Source: Patescibacteria group bacterium
Lineage (GTDB): Bacteria; Patescibacteriota; Minisyncoccia; Phycocordibacterales; PALSA-1337
Reading direction: 5' to 3'
Assembly: GCA_040384285.1 (NCBI GenBank)
Contig: JAZKJN010000004.1
Coordinates: 28,810 to 92,809, forward strand
DNA length: 64,000 bases
Within the stretch, counting starts at the first letter, position 1, and each line of letters begins with the position of its first letter. Shown in pieces: positions 46,981 to 56,814 of the stretch. The notes below the pieces were generated by a model that worked only from the letters and a program-made list of their open reading frames with translations, had not been told where the DNA came from and made no database searches. Position numbers and translations under genes: made by a program.

Positions 46981-47343
46981 ATGACCGAAGAAAAAACTCC
47001 GCATTACATAATTGAATTAAAAACTGATCTACTGAAACACATAGACAAAAAAATAGAAGATGAGGTCAATAAACTTGCCACCACAACAGCAAACCAATAT
47101 GGGGCAATGTATACCAAACTAAACGAAACAACTGAAAGACTGGATGGAATGGATGGAAGATTTGAGGGAATGGATAGTAGATTCGATCGACTAGAATCTA
47201 CTATGAGCGAAATGAAAGAAAGCATGGGCAAAATAGAAGCCCATATCGGCAGATACGAAGTACGAGCTACGAATATCGAACAAATACTTCTACAAGATCA
47301 CAAGATAAGAATCGTTGATCTAGAAAAGAAGGTGTTTGCGTAG
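46981..47343 (+). CDS. coiled-coil hypothetical protein (120 aa)
   Basis: Promoter TTGCAC-17-TATAAT upstream; terminator hairpin GCCCCG/CGGGGC at 47344-47372. Confidence 0.45.
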   Translation: MTEEKTPHYIIELKTDLLKHIDKKIEDEVNKLATTTANQYGAMYTKLNETTERLDGMDGRFEGMDSRFDRLESTMSEMKESMGKIEAHIGRYEVRATNIEQILLQDHKIRIVDLEKKVFA

Positions 47344-47375
47344 AAATTCAAAAAGCCCCGGATCGGGGCTTTTTG

Positions 47376-48347
47376 TTACCTCCAATTCGTCTTGATATAG
47401 TCCTCTGCCTCGCTCATAGAGAATGGCTGAGTAGAGTTCCCTACACGTACAAAGAACTCTTCTTTCTTGTCGCCATTTTGGAAATATGCAGGCTTATGGC
47501 TCTCTCGCACGCGCACGAGACAGATGTCTTTTTCTTCTATTTTTTCGAAATTGATCTGTATATATTTTGCAAAAGAAAGGCCGATTTGGGTTTTTACGAG
47601 CATGGTCAGATGATTCTCGAGGCCATCTCGATCTTTTTTGGGAAGAGATTTAAAGTCTGATTCAAGGCCCACGATCTTTCCGTCATCATTTGCTCCTATC
47701 ACAAGAGTTCCTCCGTCAGCGTTCAAAAATCCAACAATTGTTTTAAGTACCATTTTTTCAATCTCCTTTGAAACCTCGCCCTTTCGTACATCGTATCGTA
47801 AAGTTTCTTTAAATTCTGTTGTATGGTTTTCCCCGCTTGTGAGAAGAGTTTTTGTGTCTCGGCCCAGCACCTTACTCGCACTACCTGCCATCTGTTTTAT
47901 GATGTGAACATATTCATCAAAGTTTGCGACATTTTTAATCTTTGTTGTGCGACCACTTGTGTGTTCAATGATGATTGTTGCATGAAAGATCAATCGCCCC
48001 ACAGGAGACTGGTAGAGCTCTACAGACGCAACATCAGAGAGACTCACTGCCTTACGATGACGAAAGAGGAGACCTGACTTTTTGATGATCTCGCGCTCAT
48101 GTATCTCGTAATGGGAGAAATACCAGTTCAAGAAGAGTGCCGCGATATAAGAGAGCTGGAAAAGCGAGAAAAGAATGATAACAAAGATGTCATAGCGGAT
48201 GGCCCCAAAGAGAAAGGAGCTCTGAAACAGCATCTCATAGTTTGCTAGGAATGAGGCACCAAAGAACAATAAAGTCGCGAAGACTTCCATTACCACTACG
48301 TCGCGGAGAAAAACCATTGGCCCTTCTTTGATAATAATTCGGCGCAT
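47376..48347 (-). CDS. membrane protein (YdbT/bPH-like membrane-flanked N-domain) with C-terminal AlbA_2/Schlafen-like putative DNA-binding domain
   Basis: N-terminal TM helices; C-terminal TEFKETL...IVGFLNADGGTLVIGANDDGKIVGLE matches the AlbA_2 core. Confidence 0.5.
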   Translation of the reverse strand: MRRIIIKEGPMVFLRDVVVMEVFATLLFFGASFLANYEMLFQSSFLFGAIRYDIFVIILFSLFQLSYIAALFLNWYFSHYEIHEREIIKKSGLLFRHRKAVSLSDVASVELYQSPVGRLIFHATIIIEHTSGRTTKIKNVANFDEYVHIIKQMAGSASKVLGRDTKTLLTSGENHTTEFKETLRYDVRKGEVSKEIEKMVLKTIVGFLNADGGTLVIGANDDGKIVGLESDFKSLPKKDRDGLENHLTMLVKTQIGLSFAKYIQINFEKIEEKDICLVRVRESHKPAYFQNGDKKEEFFVRVGNSTQPFSMSEAEDYIKTNWR

Positions 48348-48361
48348 TTTATTTTCTTACA

Positions 48362-49075
48362 TCATACCACGGCACCCAAAATTTTTGTCCTTTCTATGCC
48401 GTATGCGATAGCTCCTACACCCAGATCTTTGCCTATTTCATGGGCAAGAGAGCGCATATAGGTGCCGCTGGAAGCCTTCACCCTTACAGTATGTATGACG
48501 AACGACTGAGTGCTATATTTCTCTTTAAATTCCTGCCATTTTTTGATGATTTCTTCTTGTCGAAAGTCGCCAGTAACTCGTGCGATCTCCCCGATTGCCC
48601 TTTCTGCGATTTGATTCCCTGTCATTTCTTTTTTCTCTATATCTGCAACCTCATAAATCTCTACTTCTTTTGTAGGCAATTCATCGAGGACTTCTTTTTG
48701 GGCAATAACAGGTGAGGAATATCGAGGATATGTCTGTGCAAATTTTCGTACATACTTTTGAAAGTCAATTTCTGCTGGTTTTTCTGTTGATGTATTTTTG
48801 ATTACTCCCAGAGCGTCATAGCTATCAGTTTCCACACCCAGAAGAATCTCGACGACATATTCCTTATCAAATCCCAGATACTCATTTTTCTTTTTACATT
48901 CTTCTCCGAGAAGAATAAGTAGAGCACCATGTGCCATAGGATCTAGTCTACCAGCGTAGGTCATAGGCACGAGGGGATCAATCCCCTGTTCTTTTCGAAC
49001 ACGTTCAAGGCACTCGAGAGGCGTCTCGCCTTTTTCTTTACGGACGAGAAGTTTCTGTATCTTTAGATTGCTCAT
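48362..49075 (-). CDS. truB: tRNA pseudouridine(55) synthase
   Basis: GRLDPMAHGALLILLGEECKK, the catalytic Asp motif. Confidence 0.85.
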   Translation of the reverse strand: MSNLKIQKLLVRKEKGETPLECLERVRKEQGIDPLVPMTYAGRLDPMAHGALLILLGEECKKKNEYLGFDKEYVVEILLGVETDSYDALGVIKNTSTEKPAEIDFQKYVRKFAQTYPRYSSPVIAQKEVLDELPTKEVEIYEVADIEKKEMTGNQIAERAIGEIARVTGDFRQEEIIKKWQEFKEKYSTQSFVIHTVRVKASSGTYMRSLAHEIGKDLGVGAIAYGIERTKILGAVV

Positions 49076-49622
49076 TGTTTTCTTCTGGATTTTTCTGAAG
49101 TTTCTTATGCAAATACTTCTTTCTCACATATCCTTTCAAATTTCTAACTGCACGATGGATTCCCACTGAGATTGCATTTTCTTTTTTGTTGGTCATCTTT
49201 GCGATCTGTCGCGGAGAAAAGTCATCGACATACCGCAAGACAATAAGTTCACGCTCGGCAGGAGAAAGTCTCTCCAGGGCATCCACTGTGTGTTCGAATT
49301 CTGCGTACTGCAAAATATCCTGTCGTCGTCCTACATCATGCGGTTCATAGCCGTCAGTGATGAGCTTGTCGAGTGACTCTGACTTCTTCTTGCGATACCA
49401 GTCGATAATGAGGTTGTGGGTGATACGATAAATGAGAGCCTTTGGGTTATCTACTGTCGGGTTCTTTTTATAATACTCCCAAAGGTTCGTAAAGGCCTGC
49501 TGAGTGAGATCGAGGGCTAGCTCGCGATCCTGGGTCTTGAAAAAGCACATTCTCGAAATACTGTCGGAATACAGGTTATATGTGTCGATAAAGGCTTTTT
49601 GGCTTTTTTTACTGATTTTCAT
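49038..49622 (-). CDS. ECF-type RNA polymerase sigma factor (sigma-70 regions 2 and 4)
   Basis: ALIYRITHNLIIDWYRKKK (region 2) and LSPAERELIVLRYVDDFSPRQIAKM (region 4). Confidence 0.7.
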   Translation of the reverse strand: MKISKKSQKAFIDTYNLYSDSISRMCFFKTQDRELALDLTQQAFTNLWEYYKKNPTVDNPKALIYRITHNLIIDWYRKKKSESLDKLITDGYEPHDVGRRQDILQYAEFEHTVDALERLSPAERELIVLRYVDDFSPRQIAKMTNKKENAISVGIHRAVRNLKGYVRKKYLHKKLQKNPEENNEQSKDTETSRP

Positions 49623-49658
49623 CTAGTAATAGTAGCTCTTTTTTGCTACTATATCCAG

Positions 49659-50924
49659 ATGAAAATTTCTACAGATTCATACAAGGGGGTACGCGACTTT
49701 TACCCCGAAGATATGGCGGTTGAGAATCAAATATTCGATATCTGGAAAGATGTTTCTCGAAAGTATGGATACGAAGAGTACAATGCGTCAGTTTTGGAAC
49801 CTGCTGAGCTTTTTAAAGCAAAGTCGGGTGAAGAAATCATCACAAAGCAGACATACACCTTTACTGATCGTGGAGATCGAGAAGTCACCCTTCGTCCTGA
49901 GATGACTCCGACTGTTGCACGCATGGTTGCAGGTAAATTCCGTGAGCTCGCCTTCCCTGTGCGCTGGTTTTCTATTCCCAACTTCTTTCGCTATGAACAA
50001 CCTCAAAAGGGTCGCTTGCGTGAGTTCTGGCAATTGAATGTAGACATCTTTGGTGTAGAAAGTTTGGAAGCTGAAGTGGAAGTGATCCAGATGGCCTACG
50101 ATATTACAAAAAAGTATGGGCTTACTGATGCTGATTTTGAGATACGTGTGAACAGCCGAAAGATTCTCGACTATATTACAAAGCACCTCTATGGTTTGGA
50201 TGAAGAAAAATCTTTGCAGATGTTAAAACTCATCGACAAGAAAAACAAAGTCTCAAAAGAAGCTTTTGCAGAGGGACTTACAGAACTCATCGGAGATAAA
50301 GCTGAGCAAGCCCTTACCCTTTTGAACTCTCAAAACTTTGAGGAATTTTCAGTTAATCTCAATCAATCGAAAGAAGAACATGAAGGACTCCGGGAAGTGA
50401 AATATGTAATGAACGGACTCGAAAAACTCGGTATTACAAACATCATATTTGATCAGTCCATAACACGTGGTGCTGACTACTATACCGGAGTTATCTTTGA
50501 AGTATTTGACAAGAATCCCGAGAACCGACGTTCAGTCTTTGGTGGAGGACGCTATGACGATCTCCTTGCTCTTTTTGGTGGTGACAAAGTGACTGCAGTG
50601 GGCTTTGGTGCAGGAGATGTGGTGGCACGAGATCTCATGGAAACATACGGAAAGATTGCTCCATTTAAAAGTTCTGCAGATATCTATATTTGTATTTTCA
50701 ACAAAGAACAAACTGGCTACGCACAGGATGTGGCACAAAAGCTACGCGCCTCTGGTAAAAAAGTTTCTCTTGATTACTCATTCCGAAAGATTGGAGATCA
50801 GATAAAGACTGCAGATCGTCTAAAGATTCCAAACGTGATTGTTATCGGAGAAGATGAAGTGAAGACGGGAAAATTGAAGATAAAAAATCTTGAAACTGGA
50901 GAGGAGAAAGACCTTTTGATATAA
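49659..50924 (+). CDS. hisS: histidine--tRNA ligase
   Basis: GVRDFYPED, TLRPEMTPTVARM, class II motifs; start at Met 49659. Confidence 0.9.
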   Translation: MKISTDSYKGVRDFYPEDMAVENQIFDIWKDVSRKYGYEEYNASVLEPAELFKAKSGEEIITKQTYTFTDRGDREVTLRPEMTPTVARMVAGKFRELAFPVRWFSIPNFFRYEQPQKGRLREFWQLNVDIFGVESLEAEVEVIQMAYDITKKYGLTDADFEIRVNSRKILDYITKHLYGLDEEKSLQMLKLIDKKNKVSKEAFAEGLTELIGDKAEQALTLLNSQNFEEFSVNLNQSKEEHEGLREVKYVMNGLEKLGITNIIFDQSITRGADYYTGVIFEVFDKNPENRRSVFGGGRYDDLLALFGGDKVTAVGFGAGDVVARDLMETYGKIAPFKSSADIYICIFNKEQTGYAQDVAQKLRASGKKVSLDYSFRKIGDQIKTADRLKIPNVIVIGEDEVKTGKLKIKNLETGEEKDLLI

Positions 50925-50932
50925 TCTCCCTC

Positions 50933-51517
50933 ATGCGCAAAATTACGTTTGATGTTGAAACAAAAAATATGTTCAGTGACGTGGCGTCAAACGACCCTGT
51001 CGATCTCGATATTTCAGTAGTCTGTATTCATGATTCAGAAACAGGAGAATACACCTCATATCTCCAAGAAGATTTTCCAAAGCTCTGGCCGGTACTTGAA
51101 AAAGCAGATATGCTCATCACTTTTAACGGTGACCATTTTGATATTCCCCTTTTGAACAAATATTATTCCGGTGATCTTTTGAAGATAAAGAGTTTGGATC
51201 TCATGGCAGAAGTTAAAAAGACTCTTGGACGACGTATCAAGCTCGATACTTTGGCAGAAGCAACTTTAGGAAAAAAGAAATCTGGTCACGGACTCGACGC
51301 TATCGCTTGGTGGCAGTCTGGAGAGATCGACAAGATCATAAAGTATTGCATCGAAGACGTAAAAATTACAAAAGATCTTTACGACTACGCACTTAAAAAC
51401 GGCAAGCTTCTCTACAAAGACCTTGGTATCAAAAGTTCAATCAAAGATATTCCACTCAATACAAAAGATTGGGAAAAGAAACAAGAAGGTTCGATGACAT
51501 TTACACTTCCCTTTTAA
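50933..51517 (+). CDS. DEDDy-type 3'-5' exonuclease-like protein (RNase H-like fold)
   Basis: Exo I ITFDVET, Exo II FNGDHFDIPLL and Exo III YCIEDVKITKDLYDY. Confidence 0.5.
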   Translation: MRKITFDVETKNMFSDVASNDPVDLDISVVCIHDSETGEYTSYLQEDFPKLWPVLEKADMLITFNGDHFDIPLLNKYYSGDLLKIKSLDLMAEVKKTLGRRIKLDTLAEATLGKKKSGHGLDAIAWWQSGEIDKIIKYCIEDVKITKDLYDYALKNGKLLYKDLGIKSSIKDIPLNTKDWEKKQEGSMTFTLPF

Positions 51518-52239
51518 ATTCCTGCGAGTTTAATTGCAACAAACATCACTCCCGCCCCAAGAAGGGTTGTAAATGTTGTCCACAGTGTCGGATGACGATG
51601 ATGGCTTTCTGGTAGGAGATCACTTGCTCCAATATAGAGAAAGAATCCTGCGAAAAGCGCAAGAATAACACCGAGCGTTGTTTGAGAGAAAGAGAAGAAG
51701 CTTGAGATGATAATACCGACGACAGGTGCAATAGCATCGAGAGTAAGCCACTTAGCAGCTTCTTTTTTGCTTCCCCCATTGCGCAGAATCAGTCCTACAG
51801 TATTGATGCCATCAGAGAAATCGTGCACAAGAACAGCGACCGCAACCACAAGTCCTACCGCAGGAGAAACTTGGAATGCGAGACCAATCGCAACACCGTC
51901 CAGGAGACTGTGGAAAGAAAGACTCGAAGCACCGAGACGTCCCCGATGATGTTCGTTTTCGCACTGATCATGCTCTTCGCTCGCGTGATGGGGCATGATA
52001 AAGCGATCAATGATCATAAAAACGAAAAAACCAAGAGCTGTGTATGCAGTGATCGTTCCCACACCGAGACTTTCAGCAAGCTCGATAGACTCTGGAATAA
52101 GATCGAAAAAAGCGACACCAATAAGGGCTCCTGCACTAAAACCGAGCACGAGATGGAGTTTGTCTTTAAACCTGAGCGCTAAAAGGCCGCCGACAAGAGT
52201 GGCGAGGAAGGCGAATATACTGATCAGAATAAGATTCAT
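51514..52239 (-). CDS. ZIP family divalent metal (zinc) transporter
   Basis: His-rich loop HHASEEHDQCENEHHRGR; HSLLDGVAIGLAF and LVHDFSDGIN signature helices. Confidence 0.65.
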   Translation of the reverse strand: MNLILISIFAFLATLVGGLLALRFKDKLHLVLGFSAGALIGVAFFDLIPESIELAESLGVGTITAYTALGFFVFMIIDRFIMPHHASEEHDQCENEHHRGRLGASSLSFHSLLDGVAIGLAFQVSPAVGLVVAVAVLVHDFSDGINTVGLILRNGGSKKEAAKWLTLDAIAPVVGIIISSFFSFSQTTLGVILALFAGFFLYIGASDLLPESHHRHPTLWTTFTTLLGAGVMFVAIKLAGI

Positions 52240-52295
52240 GATATACTGTTTAGCATTATAAGAGGCCGTTTGTAACACATTTAATATACCACGTC

Positions 52296-53051
52296 ATGGA
52301 GTCTACACAAGCAAAAAGTTTCCTCACTGTCCCCGTCGCAATACTCATCGCTGGAGCCCTCGTTGCCGGATCTGTCATCTGGACAAACGTAGGAAAAGTA
52401 GGTTCTCAGGTAGCAGCCGTAGCCGATGCAGAGAAAAATATCGCGAGTCTCATGAAGCCAGTTTCATCTGACGAGCATATCCTCGGAAATCCAAATGCTT
52501 CAATAAAAATTGTGGAATATTCTGATGCCTCATGTCCATTCTGCAAAATCTTCCATGCAACCATGAACAAAATAATCGATACGTACGGAGCCTCGGGAGA
52601 CGTGGCCTGGGTCTATCGCCATTTTCCTATCGATAAAGAAGATGCGACAGGACGAGTACTCCACCCAAATGCAGGGCATGAAGCACAGGCAATGGAGTGC
52701 GCAGCCTCTCTCGGCGGAAACCAGAAATTCTGGGCATATACAAATCGTCTCTATGATGTGACCCCTTCCGTTACTCCACAAAGTCCAAACGGTCTTGATC
52801 AAAAAGAGCTTCCAAAGATCGCAGAGTTTGTAGGGCTCAATGTTGCTGATTTTAATTCTTGTCTTTCTTCAGGTAAATTTAAAGACAAAGTAGAAAGCCA
52901 GTATCTCGAAGCTCTCAATATCGGACTTACCGGAACCCCATCAAGTGTCCTTATCACTCCCGACGGCAAATACATCCCCATCGAAGGAGCACTCCCTTTC
53001 GAAAGCATCAAGCAGGCCATCGACGCACTTATTGCTGAAGCAAACAAGTAG
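52296..53051 (+). CDS. DsbA-like thioredoxin-fold thiol:disulfide oxidoreductase (membrane-anchored)
   Basis: N-terminal TM; CPFC active site. Confidence 0.7.
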   Translation: MESTQAKSFLTVPVAILIAGALVAGSVIWTNVGKVGSQVAAVADAEKNIASLMKPVSSDEHILGNPNASIKIVEYSDASCPFCKIFHATMNKIIDTYGASGDVAWVYRHFPIDKEDATGRVLHPNAGHEAQAMECAASLGGNQKFWAYTNRLYDVTPSVTPQSPNGLDQKELPKIAEFVGLNVADFNSCLSSGKFKDKVESQYLEALNIGLTGTPSSVLITPDGKYIPIEGALPFESIKQAIDALIAEANK

Positions 53052-53064
53052 CCGATCAAAGTAG

Positions 53065-55983
53065 CTAGGCGGCGATCGACCGTAATGCGCACCACTCACA
53101 GTCGAGCTCGGAACACGTAGAGTTTATGATTGCTCCACTCATAACACTTTCTTTAAGTGTCTCTATTTCTTTTTCTACACGAAGTATATCTGACTCTTCT
53201 ATCGGAAGAGTAATAATGGGACACCTTCCCTTTTCATCTGGAGAAACAAAGACTAAGGCCGGAATAATCCTCTTTCCTTTCCACCGAGAATCCGACTGTA
53301 AAAGTAGTTTGTAAAAGATGAGTTGGCGGAAATAATTTCCATCAGAGCTTTTTGTTTCTCCCTTGATTGCCGCCTCTGACATTGCTTCTCGAGTCTTGTA
53401 ATCGAAGACGAGAACCTCGTTACCTCGATCCACGATCGCATCGAGCTTTCCGTGAATAGGAATTATTTTATGTGCCTCTACCCAGGTCTCGGTAAAGACT
53501 GCAGTGTTTGGAGTGGGGATAAAATGAACAACAAGAGCTCTCGCCACAGCTCCCACACGTTCCAAAAGTTCTGCCTGTGCCGACTCTTTTTCAGTGCGAG
53601 AGAGGAAAGAGTCTTTAAAATATTCTACGATCTTTTCATGCAAAATCCTCGTGATCTCCTTTTCACTTCGATCCTGTGATTTCCATGCCGCTTCAAATGC
53701 ATAGTGCATTGCACTTCCCTTGTCTGCAGAGACCGAAGGAGCCTGAGGAAGCTTTAGAATACTGTTATAGAGAAAGAGATTGGGACATTCAATAAAGTGA
53801 TTGAGGGCGGTGACGGAGATTCCTTTTTCAAGGATCACTCTTTGTGCAAGATGGAGAAGCGGTGTGACATCACGAAGTTTTTTTGATGTTTCAAGATGGG
53901 TTTCCTCGGCGCCTGCTCGGGGGAGAAAGATTTCTTTTACAGTCTTTTGTTCGAGCTCATCAATAAAGCGCAGGGGGGTAAGCGTTTTTCCATCTGATTC
54001 TTCGAGGGCAGAGAGAACTGTCACGTGTTTTCGAGCTCGCGTGATAGCCACATAAAAAAGTCTTCGGGTATCGGCTATGTCATGGCCACTTGTTCTTTTT
54101 TTCGGGACGATAAACGAAGTGCCTCGAGGTTTTCCTATCCACGCCTCCTCGTTTGCGTACGGGATAAATACATAATCATACTCAAGTCCCTTGCTCGCAT
54201 GCGCAGTCATGGCTCCGAGCGGAAGTTCAGGATTCCCCACAGAAACTTTTACATTCCTCGACTCTGCAGAGGTGCGGTAGGCGATCAAAGCTTCGAGAAG
54301 TCCTCGAGGATCCGCTATGTCACCCTCCCGTACCAGTGACTCGGAGAGAGCAATAATCCCTCTCCAGACATGCACATACGCAGGATCGCGAGCGATGAGT
54401 GAAGTGAAGCCAGATATCTCGCCAGCATGCACCAAAAACCCCAACGCTCCGTCAGAGAGAAGAAGTCTTTGCACCTCTGCCAATCCCGGTAAAGTAATCT
54501 CACGTCCACTACGAAGATCTTTTACCAGTGCCACCGCCTTTTCAAAACTCACTCCCCACATACCCATAACAATAGTTTTTGAGAGAGCATCTACACGAGA
54601 AGGATCGAGAAAATATTCTAAAAGGTCAAAGAAAACTCGACCTACAGGATGGGCAAAGATATCGACGCTTCGTTCAGAGGAAACAGGGATGGCGTGGGAC
54701 TCAAGAAGTCGGATAATGCGATCGAGGTCTTTGTTCCTGCGAACAATGATAGCAACGGTCGCTGTAGAGTCTTCTGTTGTGAGCTTTTTTAATTCCTGCA
54801 CTAAATATTTTTCTAGAGCCCCTGTATTTTCAGCAGTTACCACATCCAGAGGTCGAGGAGCATCCTTTAACCCAGAGACAAGCTTTACCCGTAAAGAGGC
54901 GTACTCATCCCCTTCATAATTTTTCTCAATCATCCCAAAGCCTGCATCAAGAATCCCTTGATGTGAACGATAGTTGGTGTCGAGAGATATGCGCTTCATG
55001 GCAGGCCACTTTTTCTCAAGTAGCAAGAAATTTTCAACTGATGCACCCTGAAAACGATAGATCGCCTGCTTTTCATCTCCCACGATAAAGATGTTCGGGG
55101 TGTCAAAAAATTCTGCGATAAGTCCTACGATAAAATTCTGAGCATCGTTTGTATCCTGGTGTTCGTCCACATGAATATAGAGATATTTTTCCTGCAAAAG
55201 CCGGAGTAGAAGCTCATCATTTCGAAGTGCAAACAAAAGTTCAATCAGAAGATCGTTGAAATCCATTTTCTTGGCTTCCCTTTTCTTTTGTTCAAAGATC
55301 TCATACACATCAGCGAAAAGTTCTGTCTTTTTGCATTTGAGTATCGCCTCCTTTGCTTCCGCTTTCAATTGCCCTTTTGTGACACCGCGAGTGGAGAGTG
55401 ACGCTTCATCCTTCTCTATCCTCGCTACTTCCTGTCGTGCATGCACGCGCACCATCTCTGGAGTAAGTGCTTCTTTTTTAGCATCGTCGAGAGCTCGCAC
55501 GATCCCTCCTATATATGCATCAGGCTTTCCAGAGGGTCTGAGATCTTTAAATTTTGGTGCCTCAATAATAGAACGCAAGAGCGACTCGGCTTCCACATCT
55601 GTCATCTGCTTCATGTCCTGGATATGCAAAAAGTGATCGGGGTATTCTGATATTACTGAGGAAGCAAATCCATGGAAGGTATGTATTCGCACATCATATG
55701 CTCGATCACCGATAATATCTCTGAGCTTTTTTCTCATCGCTTTAACCCCAGCGTCAGTAAAGGTAAGGGCAAGTATTCCGTGGGCTGGTGTATCGGTGAG
55801 ACGTAGAATATTTGCAATACGAAGCGTGAGTATGGTCGTCTTGCCCGTCCCAGGGCCGGCAATAACCATCACAGGGCCCTCAATAGTGTCTACAGCCTCC
55901 TTTTGGCCTTTATTGAGCTTTTTATAGAGAGTTTGAAATACAGCTTCTGACATGAGAGTATTATACCTTATTTGCATTTCCAC
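53065..55983 (-). CDS. UvrD/PcrA-type helicase fused to C-terminal PD-(D/E)xK nuclease domain with Cys cluster (AddA/AddB-like)
   Basis: VMVIAGPGTGKTT Walker A, helicase motif HASKGLEYDYVFI, C-terminal nuclease-like LDAIVDRGNEVLVFDYKT, and CSELDCEWC. Confidence 0.75.
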   Translation of the reverse strand: MEMQIRYNTLMSEAVFQTLYKKLNKGQKEAVDTIEGPVMVIAGPGTGKTTILTLRIANILRLTDTPAHGILALTFTDAGVKAMRKKLRDIIGDRAYDVRIHTFHGFASSVISEYPDHFLHIQDMKQMTDVEAESLLRSIIEAPKFKDLRPSGKPDAYIGGIVRALDDAKKEALTPEMVRVHARQEVARIEKDEASLSTRGVTKGQLKAEAKEAILKCKKTELFADVYEIFEQKKREAKKMDFNDLLIELLFALRNDELLLRLLQEKYLYIHVDEHQDTNDAQNFIVGLIAEFFDTPNIFIVGDEKQAIYRFQGASVENFLLLEKKWPAMKRISLDTNYRSHQGILDAGFGMIEKNYEGDEYASLRVKLVSGLKDAPRPLDVVTAENTGALEKYLVQELKKLTTEDSTATVAIIVRRNKDLDRIIRLLESHAIPVSSERSVDIFAHPVGRVFFDLLEYFLDPSRVDALSKTIVMGMWGVSFEKAVALVKDLRSGREITLPGLAEVQRLLLSDGALGFLVHAGEISGFTSLIARDPAYVHVWRGIIALSESLVREGDIADPRGLLEALIAYRTSAESRNVKVSVGNPELPLGAMTAHASKGLEYDYVFIPYANEEAWIGKPRGTSFIVPKKRTSGHDIADTRRLFYVAITRARKHVTVLSALEESDGKTLTPLRFIDELEQKTVKEIFLPRAGAEETHLETSKKLRDVTPLLHLAQRVILEKGISVTALNHFIECPNLFLYNSILKLPQAPSVSADKGSAMHYAFEAAWKSQDRSEKEITRILHEKIVEYFKDSFLSRTEKESAQAELLERVGAVARALVVHFIPTPNTAVFTETWVEAHKIIPIHGKLDAIVDRGNEVLVFDYKTREAMSEAAIKGETKSSDGNYFRQLIFYKLLLQSDSRWKGKRIIPALVFVSPDEKGRCPIITLPIEESDILRVEKEIETLKESVMSGAIINSTCSELDCEWCALRSIAA

Positions 55984-56101
55984 ATATATGTGATATAATC
56001 CATTTCAGCTCAAGGTTCTTTGAATCCCCTTCTGAACTGATCCTTTTGGATCACGAGCTACAAAAAAACCAAAACAAAACTTAGTTAAGAAAGGTAAACG
56101 C

Positions 56102-56386
56102 ATGAAAAAAGTGCAGTCCCCAACTCTCAAGTTGAAGACGAGACAGAAACGCCGCCTGATGATCAAGTGGGTCAAACGGCATTGGCGCAACGCCATAACG
56201 GTGGTCTACACCGTCGTAACACACACGAGGGAGAAAACTTTTAGAATGCTGGTGGGCGTTGCAAATAAAAAATACCTCGTCGGACTCGTGGATGGAGCCA
56301 TCGCAATCTTGGAATGGAGCAAGATCAAAGTCAAGGAAGCGGCTACTGATGACGGTTTCAAATTTGACCACGTCGCTGCTCTCTGA
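56102..56386 (+). CDS. hypothetical basic protein (94 aa)
   Basis: ORF only. Confidence 0.35.
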   Translation: MKKVQSPTLKLKTRQKRRLMIKWVKRHWRNAITVVYTVVTHTREKTFRMLVGVANKKYLVGLVDGAIAILEWSKIKVKEAATDDGFKFDHVAAL

Positions 56387-56397
56387 AGCCCATCACA

Positions 56398-56744
56398 TGA
56401 AAAATCTTCCTCTGACAAGCAGACCCTCGACAGATTCAGGAAAATTTGCAAGCACACTCCGTTTTATCGAGGAGAGCCTGATGAGCACGCAAGTGATTGT
56501 TGTGCTTTCTTATACCCCAAAAGGCACCTTCACGCCCGTCTCACACCCAATCACGGGAGTAACGGACGTAGGATTCTCCTTTCTCTCGGAGCTCGATACG
56601 ACCGAGACGACCGAATGGAAAGACGTTGTATTTCTGAGTGTCGGAACAGTCTTTACAGGAGGGCCTCGCGACCAGTACGGATTAACTCCGAGCACACTGG
56701 CACATAGGTGGACATACCCCGAAGAAGTTGTGGCGAGGAACTAA
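56398..56744 (+). CDS. hypothetical protein (115 aa)
   Basis: Start at Met 56398 within track ORF 56259-56744; terminator 56763-56800. Confidence 0.35.
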
Positions 56745-56814
56745 TCATCAACACAAAAGCAACGCGCGGAGCATCACTGCCCCGCGCGCTTTTTTATTGC
56801 TTTTTTTAAAACCC

